From the NCBI GenBank assembly GCA_964550685.1, contig CAZJZY010000001.1:2155-66154 (forward strand): 64,000 nucleotides of DNA, written 5' to 3'. The translations under genes and the position numbers were made by a program. Each line of letters begins with the position of its first letter. The stretch's first letter is position 1. Positions 47,400 through 57,299 of this stretch are shown here, in pieces. The notes beneath the pieces are model-generated. The model ran no database searches and was not told the origin of the DNA. It was given only the letters and a program-made list of their open reading frames with translations. The stretch is from an uncultured Rickettsiales bacterium (GTDB taxonomy: Bacteria > Pseudomonadota > Alphaproteobacteria > Rickettsiales > CANDYO01).

Positions 47400-48273
47400 C
47401 TATTTTTATTTCCCATTCAAGCATTATACCTGAATCTTCAAATACTTTTTTTCTAACTAATTCGCCTAATTGCTCAATTTCTGTAGCCGTTGCATTGCCA
47501 ATGTTAATTAAGAAATTACAATGCTTTTTAGAAATGATTGCATCTCCTAATTGAAGCCCCCTGCATCCAGCTTGATCAATCAATTGCCATGCTTTGTATC
47601 CTGGAGGGTTTTTGAAGCTGCTTCCACTGGTTTTAGTTCTAATAGGTTGTGATTCTTCTCTTTGTTGTTGAATATTTTGAATTTTTTCTTCTATTTCTTC
47701 GTGATTGCCTGGTTTAACTTTTAAATATGCTTTGGTAAAAATTAAATTTTTATCCAAAGAGCTTGATCTATACTTAAAACCGCAATCTTCTTTAAAGATA
47801 GTTATTAAATTTCCTTTGGAATCTAGTGCTTCTAACTTTATAAGATAATCAGAAATTTCTTTGCCATAAGCTCCAGCATTCATAACTAGGGCTCCACCTA
47901 TAACGCCAGGGATGCCACTTAAGAACTCTAGTCCTTCAAGATTGTTTTCTAAACAATATTGGCTAACGTTTACATCTAGAGCTCCGGCTCCGACTATTAA
48001 TTCGTTTTCTATATGAGTAATATCTGTGAATCCTCTTCCTAATCGGATAACTATCCCTCTGATCCCTCCATCTCGTACTAGTAAATTAGACCCCACTCCT
48101 AAAACCATATGTGGAATGCTAGGATCTTTGTTTTGTAGAAAAAAAGTTAGATCTTCGAGATCTGCAGGTTTAAATAAAACATCAGCAGGGCCACCCACCC
48201 CAAACCATGTAACGTTGGATAATTTAAAATTTTTTCTATAACTTCCTCTTACCTCAGGTAGGTTATCTATCAT
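47377..48273 (-). CDS. murB: UDP-N-acetylenolpyruvoylglucosamine reductase
   Basis: FAD-binding VLGVGSNLLVRDGG, SGSSFKNP and the MurB C-terminal domain. Confidence 0.9.
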   Translation of the reverse strand: MIDNLPEVRGSYRKNFKLSNVTWFGVGGPADVLFKPADLEDLTFFLQNKDPSIPHMVLGVGSNLLVRDGGIRGIVIRLGRGFTDITHIENELIVGAGALDVNVSQYCLENNLEGLEFLSGIPGVIGGALVMNAGAYGKEISDYLIKLEALDSKGNLITIFKEDCGFKYRSSSLDKNLIFTKAYLKVKPGNHEEIEEKIQNIQQQREESQPIRTKTSGSSFKNPPGYKAWQLIDQAGCRGLQLGDAIISKKHCNFLINIGNATATEIEQLGELVRKKVFEDSGIMLEWEIKIVGFNDKS

Positions 48274-48282
48274 TTGAATACT

Positions 48283-49080
48283 CTAATCTAGGTCTTTTAA
48301 TTCCAGTATGACCGGCACGTGATCTGATGGCACATCCATTGAGCGAGCTTCTCTTAAGATATACCCTGATTTAATATGTTTTTCTAGTGTTTCTGTAACC
48401 CAAATATGATCTAGTCTACGGCCTCGATCAGATTTTTCCCAGTCGCGATTGCGGTAGCTCCACCAACTATATAGTTTTTCAGTATCAGGGGTAAATTTAC
48501 GAACAGCATCGTGCCAATTTAGGGATTGATATAGGTTTGCCATTTTTTCTAATTCAATGGGGGTATGGCTAATTTCATTGAGCAATTGTTTATGCGACCA
48601 CACGTCATTCTCAAGGGGAGCAATATTTAGATCGCCAAGCAAAACTAATTTATCTGTAGGTAATCGATTTTTTTTAAACCAGTCAGTCACTTCATCCATA
48701 AATTTTAGTTTATGAGCAAATTTAGGATTAGCCTGAGCGTCTGGAATTTCTCCTCCAGCTGGTATATAAAAATTATGGATCTCAATACCATTATATAATG
48801 TTACAGCGATATGCCGATGTTCTTTCTCATCAATTATATTTAGTGAAAAACTAGTGTGTAGAGGAATTTTTGATAAGGTGGCAACTCCATTGTAGCCCTT
48901 GCCGCCATAAAGCTCGATATACTTAAATCCTAAGTCTTTAATGTATTTAAAAGGAAATTCATTATTAGTAACTTTAGTCTCTTGTAAGCATAAAATATCT
49001 GGTTTCTCTTTAATAACAAATTTCTCTATGTTATTTAAGCGCATACGAACAGAGTTAACATTCCAAGTGGCGATTCTCAT
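48283..49080 (-). CDS. xthA: exodeoxyribonuclease III
   Basis: MRIATWNVNSVR...LCLQETK...DHVPV endonuclease/exonuclease/phosphatase motifs. Confidence 0.9.
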   Translation of the reverse strand: MRIATWNVNSVRMRLNNIEKFVIKEKPDILCLQETKVTNNEFPFKYIKDLGFKYIELYGGKGYNGVATLSKIPLHTSFSLNIIDEKEHRHIAVTLYNGIEIHNFYIPAGGEIPDAQANPKFAHKLKFMDEVTDWFKKNRLPTDKLVLLGDLNIAPLENDVWSHKQLLNEISHTPIELEKMANLYQSLNWHDAVRKFTPDTEKLYSWWSYRNRDWEKSDRGRRLDHIWVTETLEKHIKSGYILREARSMDVPSDHVPVILELKDLD

Positions 49081-50372
49081 ATAGTTACTAACTTTTGTAT
49101 ATGTTGATAATCAGGAAAATTTGTAGCATTTCCTAAAGTTGTAATAGTGCTTAGTCTTTTATTGCTAAATATTTTTTTGGCTAACTCTTGCAATTCTTCT
49201 ATAGTGATTGAAACATAGCCTTGCCAAATTTCTTCTCGTGGAATATAACGTCCATAATTAGAATAATTGCTAGCTAAGATGCTCACCCAATTATCTATAG
49301 TTTCTCTACTCATATATAATGAAGATTTTACTTGGGCTAAGCATCTGTCGATTTCTACTTGGGTAATGTCATTAGTAATTTTAATAATTTCTTCAGATAA
49401 CACTCTTAGTGATTCCTCTAATTTATCTGCTGAAGTGCTAAGAAATGCACCAAAAACTCCAGAGTCTGAGAAATAATGACAAAAGCTCCCAACTGAATAA
49501 ACTAAGCCTCTTTTTTCACGAATTTCTTGAAAAAGTCTTGAGGAAATACTTCCTCCCCAAATATTAGCTAGCATTTCTAGCTTATAATAATCATCAGAAT
49601 GAATACTTAATCCTTCATATCCCACTACTAAGTGACATTGTGATAATTCAGGATTATGTTGAAACTTATAGCCACCTGTATATAGTGCTTTTTCCAATTC
49701 CAATACATTATGACTTGGAAATGGAATTATTTTTTGAGTAACTAAATCTAATAATTCTTGGTGAGTTATATTTCCAGCGGCTGAAACAATAATTTTGGGA
49801 GCTATATAATGTTCATGGATAAAGTCAATAATCTGTGCACGATTAAACTTAAGGATGGTTTCTTTTATTCCTAAAATACTTCTTCCCACGGCTTGGTTAG
49901 CAAAAGATGCTTCAGAAAAATATTCAAAAACCATTTCTTCAGGTGTGTCTTCAGATTGTGCCAGCTCCTGCAATACTACATTCTTTTCTTTTTCTATTTC
50001 TTCTTCGCTGTAAATCGAATGAAACATAATATCAGAAAGGATATCGATAGCTAAAGGTAAAAATTCTTTGAGCACTTTTGCTGAATATACAGTATTTTCT
50101 TTAGAGGTATAAGCATTTAAATATCCTCCTATAGCATCAAATTCTTCAGCTATTTCTTGAGAGCTTCTTCTTGAAGTTCCCTTAAAATTCATATGTTCTA
50201 TAAAATGAGCTATCCCATTTAGATTAATTGATTCATTTCTACTGCCAACTTTTACCCATATTTCTATGGCCACGGAATCAACATTATCGTTTTTTAGACT
50301 TAAAATTGTAAGTCCATTAGATAAAATTGTTTTTTCATGTTGTTGATCTGTTGATTTTTTGCTATAAGTCAA
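49077..50372 (-). CDS. M16 family (pitrilysin/MPP-like) zinc peptidase
   Basis: Inverted zinc motif HFIEHMNFKGT. About 430 aa. TTG start. Confidence 0.85.
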   Translation of the reverse strand: MTYSKKSTDQQHEKTILSNGLTILSLKNDNVDSVAIEIWVKVGSRNESINLNGIAHFIEHMNFKGTSRRSSQEIAEEFDAIGGYLNAYTSKENTVYSAKVLKEFLPLAIDILSDIMFHSIYSEEEIEKEKNVVLQELAQSEDTPEEMVFEYFSEASFANQAVGRSILGIKETILKFNRAQIIDFIHEHYIAPKIIVSAAGNITHQELLDLVTQKIIPFPSHNVLELEKALYTGGYKFQHNPELSQCHLVVGYEGLSIHSDDYYKLEMLANIWGGSISSRLFQEIREKRGLVYSVGSFCHYFSDSGVFGAFLSTSADKLEESLRVLSEEIIKITNDITQVEIDRCLAQVKSSLYMSRETIDNWVSILASNYSNYGRYIPREEIWQGYVSITIEELQELAKKIFSNKRLSTITTLGNATNFPDYQHIQKLVTI

Positions 50373-50378
50373 GTTTTA

Positions 50379-51329
50379 ATGATCCTTAAAAGTTTTATGA
50401 GTAGTTTTAATATGCACACAATCGCTAATCCTTTTCAACAAAATTCTGTTACTTATCGCCTGGAAACACAAATTAAATTTGGTTACTTGCAATATTTTCT
50501 AACGTTTTTTGAAACCTTAAGTGAAACTATAGTTTATTTTGAAGCAGAAGATACTAAGCATATTGATAGTGAGCCTGAAGATTTATGGGCGATTCAAGTG
50601 TATTTAGGTAACGAGCCAGATCTTGAAATGATTGAAGCAAAAACATCTGAAATTGCAGAAGAGTTTAAAATAAATAAGCCTCTTCTAAAAATGCAGAAAA
50701 TTAATGATCAAGATTGGGTGAGTGAAGTGCAAAAAACTTTTGTTCCTATTCATTCTGGGAGCTTCTTCATTCATCACTCGAACTATGCTGGTAACGTTCC
50801 AGAAGGAAAGATAGCTATAGAAATAAATGCAGGTAGAGCTTTTGGTACAGGAGAGCATGAAACAACAAGTAATTGCTTGAAAGCGCTGTCAGAGCTTAGT
50901 AAAAATAAATATATCAATTGCTTGGATATGGGTTGTGGTTCAGGAATTTTAGCAATAGCTATAGCAAAATTATGGCCTAATCAAATTACAGCAGTTGATT
51001 TGGATGAGCAGGCGGTTAATGTTACTGAAGAAAATATTCATATAAATAAAACTAGTTTTATCACTACTGGGCAAAGTGATGGTTATAAATCAAGATTAGT
51101 TGAAAAAAATGCTCCATATCAATTAATCACCGCTAATATCCTGGCTAATCCTTTAATAGAGATGGCCAACGATGCTTATAACCATCTACAAAAAGATGGG
51201 ATATTAATTTTAGCTGGTTTTCTGAATAATCAGATGGAAAATGTTCTAAGTGCTCATTTGAGTCAAGGCTTTACTTTAATGCAAATAATATCTGAAGAAA
51301 ATTGGCCAGTATTGATGCTTAAGAAATAA
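50379..51329 (+). CDS. prmA: ribosomal protein L11 methyltransferase
   Basis: GRAFGTGEHETTSNCL and LDMGCGSGILAIA motifs. The start codon is uncertain. Confidence 0.8.
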   Translation: MILKSFMSSFNMHTIANPFQQNSVTYRLETQIKFGYLQYFLTFFETLSETIVYFEAEDTKHIDSEPEDLWAIQVYLGNEPDLEMIEAKTSEIAEEFKINKPLLKMQKINDQDWVSEVQKTFVPIHSGSFFIHHSNYAGNVPEGKIAIEINAGRAFGTGEHETTSNCLKALSELSKNKYINCLDMGCGSGILAIAIAKLWPNQITAVDLDEQAVNVTEENIHINKTSFITTGQSDGYKSRLVEKNAPYQLITANILANPLIEMANDAYNHLQKDGILILAGFLNNQMENVLSAHLSQGFTLMQIISEENWPVLMLKK

Positions 51330-51345
51330 AATGCTAATTAGATGC

Positions 51346-53319
51346 TTAAAGAAAGTAATATGGATCAATATCAATTTTTAAATTTATATAATTCGGTATT
51401 TTTATGCCATCCAACCAAGTGTTAAAGAATTTTTGGATATTGATATTACGCTTGGTTTTTATTAGTATCCGATAGCGAAATTTACCTCGAAGCTTATAAA
51501 TCAAAGCTGGAGCAGGCCCCAAGACTAGAATTTCTTTACTATTAGGAGAGGCTTTTACTAACTCTTTGGCGAAATCAATTAGTTTTTGTTCCTTGTTACT
51601 AGATAAAATTACTGATGCCAATCTTCCAAAAGGTGGCATATTTATAGTCTCTCTGGTCTTCATCTCTTCTTTAATAAATTTAGCTCGATCATAATTTGCT
51701 ATAGCTAAAATAAGAGGATGTTCTGGATTATAAGTTTGAATAAATATTTTACTATTGGCAATCTCTCTACCAGCTCTTCCACCAACTTGTTGTAATAGCT
51801 GATAGGTTTTTTCGGCTCCTCTAAGATCTCCTCCCATCATTCCTGAATCCGCATCAATAACCCCAACAATTGTTAGAGATGGGAAGTGGTGACCTTTGGC
51901 AATAATTTGGGTGCCAAGAATAATATCACATTCTTTATTGGTTATAGAGTTAAGCAAAATTTCAGCTTGTTTAGGGTTGTTAAAACTATCTTGAGTTAGA
52001 GTGGTCACCTTGGCATCAGGAATTAATTCATTTATTTCTTCAGCTAATCTTTCAATTCCTGGGCCGCATGCAACAAAGCTTCCTTCTTTAGAGCAATGTG
52101 AGCAGGTTTTAGGTAATGCAGCAACATATCCACATTGGTGACATTTAAGTTTTTTTTGTGATTTATGGTAAACCATTCCGGTTGAGCAAGCATGGCAACA
52201 AATTCTATAACCGCAATCACCACAAATCATTGCTGGAGAATATCCCTTTCTATTTATAAATAATAAAGATTGCTGATTTTGAAGCAAATTCTCTTTTAAC
52301 GCTTCGATTAATTTTGGAGCAATAAAGTAATTTTTTTTTCGTTCTTTTCGCATATCTATTACATGCACTTTAGGCATTAAATTATCGTTATAACGTCCTG
52401 TTAAGGTAACTAAATTTAATTTTCCCAAAGCCACATTATGGATGCTTTCCAAAGATGGAGAAGCAGATGCTAGGATTATAGGAATATTTCCTATTTTTGC
52501 CCGCATAATTGCCATATCACGCGCTTGGTAAGTGACCCCATCCTCTTGTTTATAGCTTTGTTCATGTTCTTCATCCACGATAATCATCGATAGATTCTTA
52601 TACGGTAAGAATAATGCACTTCTAGCGCCAATTATAATTTGAGCAGTTCCATTCATAATCGCTAGAAAACTGTCACGTTTTTTTTTATCAGTTATATTTG
52701 AATGCCAGATATGCGGGGTGCAGCCGAAGCGCTTGGCGATCCGGTCAGTAATTTGATTAGTTAGGGCAATTTCAGGCAACATAATTAGCACTTGTGAGGA
52801 ATTATGCTTTAAAACTTTATCAATTGCCGCGAGATAAATTTCTGTCTTGCCAGACCCTGTTACTCCATCAAGAATAATGCTGTGTTGTTTGTTATCAATA
52901 AACTGGCTTATTTGTTTGATAGCTTCAACTTGTTCTGGGTTAAATTCTGGCTTAACATATTTTATTTTTGACTGATCTATAAGAGATTTATGAGATTTTT
53001 CTTTTAGCATCCAGGCAGATATCTGTGAAGGTAGAAGCATCTTAAACACATTGCCAAAACTAAATAAATAATATTGCGCTATCCACTCAATAAATTCTCT
53101 ATCAATTTTAGCAATATTAAATGGAAGTTTTTTTTCGATGGTTTTAAGCTTATCCAAAGCTAAGTCGCTTTTATCGGTTATTTCCCATATCATTCCTAAT
53201 AATTTTTTACTACGGAACGGAACTATAACCAGATCGCCCAATTGAGGATCAAGCTCTTTTGGAGCGAGATAATCTAAAGGGGCTAAATTTGGCAAAAGTA
53301 TTTGAGCAATTACAGTCAT
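51346..53319 (-). CDS. priA: primosomal protein N' (replication restart helicase)
   Basis: Walker A DGVTGSGKTEIY, DEEH box and a Cys-rich zinc region CGDCGYRICCHACS...CHQCGY. Confidence 0.9.
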   Translation of the reverse strand: MTVIAQILLPNLAPLDYLAPKELDPQLGDLVIVPFRSKKLLGMIWEITDKSDLALDKLKTIEKKLPFNIAKIDREFIEWIAQYYLFSFGNVFKMLLPSQISAWMLKEKSHKSLIDQSKIKYVKPEFNPEQVEAIKQISQFIDNKQHSIILDGVTGSGKTEIYLAAIDKVLKHNSSQVLIMLPEIALTNQITDRIAKRFGCTPHIWHSNITDKKKRDSFLAIMNGTAQIIIGARSALFLPYKNLSMIIVDEEHEQSYKQEDGVTYQARDMAIMRAKIGNIPIILASASPSLESIHNVALGKLNLVTLTGRYNDNLMPKVHVIDMRKERKKNYFIAPKLIEALKENLLQNQQSLLFINRKGYSPAMICGDCGYRICCHACSTGMVYHKSQKKLKCHQCGYVAALPKTCSHCSKEGSFVACGPGIERLAEEINELIPDAKVTTLTQDSFNNPKQAEILLNSITNKECDIILGTQIIAKGHHFPSLTIVGVIDADSGMMGGDLRGAEKTYQLLQQVGGRAGREIANSKIFIQTYNPEHPLILAIANYDRAKFIKEEMKTRETINMPPFGRLASVILSSNKEQKLIDFAKELVKASPNSKEILVLGPAPALIYKLRGKFRYRILIKTKRNINIQKFFNTWLDGIKIPNYINLKIDIDPYYFL

Positions 53320-53530
53320 TTTATTTTAAATTAAGAATAATATAAATATGAATATATCTCTTGCGCTTCAAGATGTCACCATTAAGATCAACAAAATTCT
53401 ATGGAATGTAAATTATATCGCTATACTTAGATTCAAGTGAGCTATATCTAGAATTAGTTTCTTGATTTATTGACAATAATTTTATACAATCTATGACTAT
53501 CTTTAAATAGGCTAAAATCAAAGAGACGAT

Positions 53531-54628
53531 ATGCGGTTTTCTACTACTTTATCATTATATGTGGTGCGCAATTTGTTACTGAATTTATTTTATGTATTCT
53601 TAGCCTTTTGTTTTATTAGTTTTATTTTAGATTTATTAGAATTAATTCGGAAAATACAAGGTAGAGAGATATTAATTCTTCAGATGTTAAAAATAGCTTT
53701 TTATAAAGTACCATTTTTAATTTTTTCCTTTTTTCCTTTTATATTTTTATTTGGTTCGATACTGACTTTTGTTAAGCTAAACAATAATTTTGAAATTGCT
53801 GCTGCAAAATCAGCGGGTATTTCTATTTGGTCTTTAGGCACGCCAATAATCGGCTCAATTTTAATATTAAGCCTTATAATATTATGGGTGTTTCATCCAA
53901 TTTCAGCAATTTTTTTGGATAAGAATCGTCTTCTTGAGAATAAATATTTTGATTACAAATCAAATCGTGTTTCATTAAATTCAAATGGTATTTGGCTATA
54001 TGATCAAACTCCTAATTTAGCAGATGAAAAATTTATTACTGCGGCTCATGTATCCGATCATGGACAATCTTTATCTGCAGTTAAAGTATATTATGCTGGA
54101 GAAGAATACGATTTTACAACTAGCTATGCGGCGGAAGTTGTTTCTATTGAGAATAACTCCTTACTGCTTAATAACGTTACAAAATATTCTCCTGGGGTGC
54201 AGGCTGAATATTTAAAGCAAGTTATTTTGCCAACTAGTTTAGTGGTTGATCAAATCCAAGAAAGTATTGCTAATCCTGAAATTATACCATTTTGGAGTTT
54301 AAGTGATTTTATAAAGCAAATTAAGCAATCTGGTTTTTCAACTTTAAAGCATGAATTATATTATAAATCACTAATGGCTAGCCCTATATTATATGTATCT
54401 TTAGTTTTAATTGCCTTGTCTTGCTCTATTAATTTACCTCGTAATGGTAAGATCGGAGTGGTATTTATTTATGGGAGCGCCATAGCTATCTTTATTTATT
54501 TTGTTGAGAAAATGGTAAATGTGATGGCTTTAACGGCGGTGTTACCAATAAATGTAGCCGTGCTTGCTCCCAGCATTGCTTACCTTCTTTTAAGTAGCGC
54601 AGCTTTAATTCATTATGAAGAAGAATGA
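53531..54628 (+). CDS. lptG: LPS export ABC permease, LptF/LptG (YjgP/YjgQ) family, LptG-like N-terminus
   Basis: Six-TM YjgP/YjgQ layout with a large periplasmic insert. The N-terminal LSLYVVRNLL...LDLLELIRK resembles LptG. Confidence 0.65.
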   Translation: MRFSTTLSLYVVRNLLLNLFYVFLAFCFISFILDLLELIRKIQGREILILQMLKIAFYKVPFLIFSFFPFIFLFGSILTFVKLNNNFEIAAAKSAGISIWSLGTPIIGSILILSLIILWVFHPISAIFLDKNRLLENKYFDYKSNRVSLNSNGIWLYDQTPNLADEKFITAAHVSDHGQSLSAVKVYYAGEEYDFTTSYAAEVVSIENNSLLLNNVTKYSPGVQAEYLKQVILPTSLVVDQIQESIANPEIIPFWSLSDFIKQIKQSGFSTLKHELYYKSLMASPILYVSLVLIALSCSINLPRNGKIGVVFIYGSAIAIFIYFVEKMVNVMALTAVLPINVAVLAPSIAYLLLSSAALIHYEEE

Positions 54629-55104
54629 TTATGAAAAGAGCAGGAATATTTATAGCTTTAGTTACGTTATTTGCGGACCAAATCACAAAAGTAATGATCG
54701 TCAATAATTTTACTGATACTTCCTCTGTAGTAAAGATTACTAGCTTTCTTAATCTCGTCTTAGTTTACAATAAAGGAATTAGTTTTGGTTTATTTAATCA
54801 AGTTGATTATAGTAATTATATATTTACGATCCTGTCTTTAATTATAATTTGCTTTTTATTGAAATGGTTTAAGGATTCTGTTATCTTAGCTGAAAGCTTA
54901 GCTCTTGGATTAATTATAGGTGGGGCAATTGGTAATGTGGTTGACCGAGCTTTCCGTCCTGGGGTGGTAGATTTTATACAATTACATTGGCAGGGGTATT
55001 ATTGGCCAAATTTTAATATTGCAGATAGTGCAATTTGCATTGGGGTAATTGTTTTGATGGTTTTTAGTTTAGATCTTAAATGTTTAAAAAGAGATTCAGT
55101 ATGA
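54625..55104 (+). CDS. lspA: lipoprotein signal peptidase II
   Basis: NKGISFGLF, GGAIGNVVDR, VVDFI and FNIADSAICIG motifs. Confidence 0.9.
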   Translation: MIMKRAGIFIALVTLFADQITKVMIVNNFTDTSSVVKITSFLNLVLVYNKGISFGLFNQVDYSNYIFTILSLIIICFLLKWFKDSVILAESLALGLIIGGAIGNVVDRAFRPGVVDFIQLHWQGYYWPNFNIADSAICIGVIVLMVFSLDLKCLKRDSV

Positions 55105-55355
55105 ATAGAGTTATATATCTAGTATTATTATGTGTAATTACTTCTTGCAGTAGTTTTAAAGAGAAAGCTGGATTAGTGAAATATCAACCTGATGAATATC
55201 AAGTTACAACAAATCCATCACTGACAGTGCCGCCAGATTTTAATATCCACTCTCCTGAGGAGTTAATAGCGAAAAAGAACTCTCCGTCATCTATCGAGGA
55301 TAACTCTAATTTATCTGAGGGGGAAAATCTGATTTTAAAAAATATAAATCAGTAA
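55102..55355 (+). CDS. DUF3035-like lipoprotein
   Basis: Lipobox VITSCSS from ATG 55102. YQPDEYQVTTNPSLTVPPDFNI resembles the DUF3035 core. It sits directly after lspA, as is usual in alphaproteobacteria. Confidence 0.6.
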
Positions 55356-55358
55356 TAT

Positions 55359-56543
55359 ATGACAATAAAGCAGAGTTTTTATCTCACTTCTGAAGCACAA
55401 GAAATAATAAAAAAATCTGCAAAGTCTAAAAAATCTCAACTAAAAGTAGAGGAAGCGATAAGTCTAATTAGGCGACAATGTGGATTAGATGCCCTTGATA
55501 CTGAGATAAATTTAATCAAAAAAATTGCTTCTCAAATTCTTAGTTCATACAATAAAGCTATTATTATTTCAATCGGCGGCTCTATGTCTGCCAGTAGATC
55601 ATTTACAGCTTGCAGAAATTACCAGTCAGATCATTTTAAACTTATTTATAGCGATAGTCTTTCGTTTCAAAAGCAGCAAGAAATATTCACTGAAGACAAT
55701 TTACAAAATGCAGCGATTATAATTATTAGCCGTTCTGGAAATAGCGTTGAAACGTTACATCAAACACGCATAGTTATAGATAAATATTATAAATATTTTG
55801 GTGAAAACTATTCATTGGGAAAGCATTTTTTTATTATAACCAAAGGAGATAATCCACTTAAAGAAATAGGATGTAAGATAGGGGGCAATATATTGGAATA
55901 TGTAAGCTATGGAGGAAAATTTTCTAGCTTTTCAATGGCAGGGCTTCTGCCCGCAAGATTGATAGGAATGGCGCCAGATAAAATTATAGCTGGAGCAAAA
56001 GCAATCCTAGATAATCCAAATAATTCTATCCAGGCCGTTTTAGTTAATCATTATCTATTAAGTCAAGGATATAATATTAATATAATGACTCATTATGATG
56101 ATTTATTTGATCAAGTATTAGCCAGGTATATGCAAATATCTGGTGAAATAATTGCTAAAGAAGGTAAGGGATTTTCAGCAATTGTTACTAGAGGCGTTTT
56201 TGATCAGCATGGTTTATGGCAATTATTCCTTTCTGGACCTAAGGACAAATATTTTACTTTTCTTGTAAATAGAGAGGATTATAATAATAAAAATATAAGC
56301 AGTTTTATTGAGCAAGCTTATCATGAGCTAAATATAAATAGAATAAAAGAAAAAGATATACCTGCAAGAGAATTAATTATAACAAAAATGGATGATTATA
56401 ATTTAGGCGCTCTAACCATGCAATTATTGCTGGAGATGATAATGCTAGCTAATTTATTAAACATCTCGTCAGTAACTCAGCCTGATATAGATAAAGGTAA
56501 GGAAATTTTAGGACGTATGTATTTTTCTTATATCCAAACTTAA
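55359..56543 (+). CDS. pgi: glucose-6-phosphate isomerase (short, divergent form)
   Basis: SIGGSMSASRSF (GIGGS-like), YGGKFSSFSMAGLLPARLIG (GGRFS signature with Arg to Lys) and GVFDQHGLWQLFLSGP (DQH..Q signature). Confidence 0.65.
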   Translation: MTIKQSFYLTSEAQEIIKKSAKSKKSQLKVEEAISLIRRQCGLDALDTEINLIKKIASQILSSYNKAIIISIGGSMSASRSFTACRNYQSDHFKLIYSDSLSFQKQQEIFTEDNLQNAAIIIISRSGNSVETLHQTRIVIDKYYKYFGENYSLGKHFFIITKGDNPLKEIGCKIGGNILEYVSYGGKFSSFSMAGLLPARLIGMAPDKIIAGAKAILDNPNNSIQAVLVNHYLLSQGYNINIMTHYDDLFDQVLARYMQISGEIIAKEGKGFSAIVTRGVFDQHGLWQLFLSGPKDKYFTFLVNREDYNNKNISSFIEQAYHELNINRIKEKDIPARELIITKMDDYNLGALTMQLLLEMIMLANLLNISSVTQPDIDKGKEILGRMYFSYIQT

Positions 56544-56544
56544 G

Positions 56545-56982
56545 TTACTCAAAAGGCTTAACTATCGCCAAGATCACTATCGCTATCATCAATATAGTGG
56601 GAACCTCATTTATGATTCTATAAAACTTAGCGCTATATTTATTTCTGCCATTTTCAAAGTCTTTTCTTCGTTTTCCTAAGAAGTGATGAAAATAAATCAT
56701 TATAAGAACTAAAGTCATTTTAATATGAAACCAAACTCCTAAATGTTTAAATCCATAAATTTGTGCCACCCATAACCCAAAGATAATACTTAGAATCATC
56801 GCAGGATTCATTATAAATCTGAGCAATCTCCTTTCCATAGTTTGAAACATTTTATCTTCTTTGCTGCCAATTTCTAACGCGCAGTGATAAACAAATAACC
56901 TTGGTAAGTAAAATAATCCAGCTAGCCACGAGATTACAAAAATTAAGTGTAATGCTTTAAGCCACATATAATATTCAGCCAT
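56545..56982 (-). CDS. hemJ: protoporphyrinogen oxidase HemJ (UPF0093/CopD-like)
   Basis: WLKALHLIFVISWLAGLFYLPRLFVYH N-terminus and a four-TM, 145-aa layout. Confidence 0.85.
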   Translation of the reverse strand: MAEYYMWLKALHLIFVISWLAGLFYLPRLFVYHCALEIGSKEDKMFQTMERRLLRFIMNPAMILSIIFGLWVAQIYGFKHLGVWFHIKMTLVLIMIYFHHFLGKRRKDFENGRNKYSAKFYRIINEVPTILMIAIVILAIVKPFE

Positions 56983-57004
56983 ATTCTTAAATTCCTTTTG
57001 ATTA

Positions 57005-57219
57005 TTAAATTTTTATCTTCATGCTAATATGACTAGCATCAAATCCTAATTTTTCATAGAAGTTTTTTGCTTTTATTCGTTCTTTGTTCGTAGAGAGTTG
57101 ACGTAGAGAAACGCTTTTTGTTTTTCAATATAATTTAGCTTCATAAAACATCCATTCGCCGATGCCTTGTCCACCAAGATCTTTAGACGCACAGCTTCAA
57201 ACTGCATTCTGGTCGACCC
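57005..57219 (-). pseudogene. decayed GNAT-family N-acetyltransferase remnant
   Basis: The minus-strand frame reads GVDQNAV*SCASKDLGGQGIGEWMFYEAKLY*KTKSVSLRQLSTNKERIKAKNFYEKLGFDASHISMKIKI*. It shows GNAT motif A (QGIG) and the FYEKLGF tail, with in-frame TGA codons at 57196-57198 and 57125-57127, and the N-terminal half is missing. Confidence 0.5.
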
Positions 57220-57299
57220 CTAGGAAAATTAATAACATGATGAAAGGATAAATTAATTTAAGACCCTCATCAACTTCTTATTTTTCATTTCGGTTGTAT

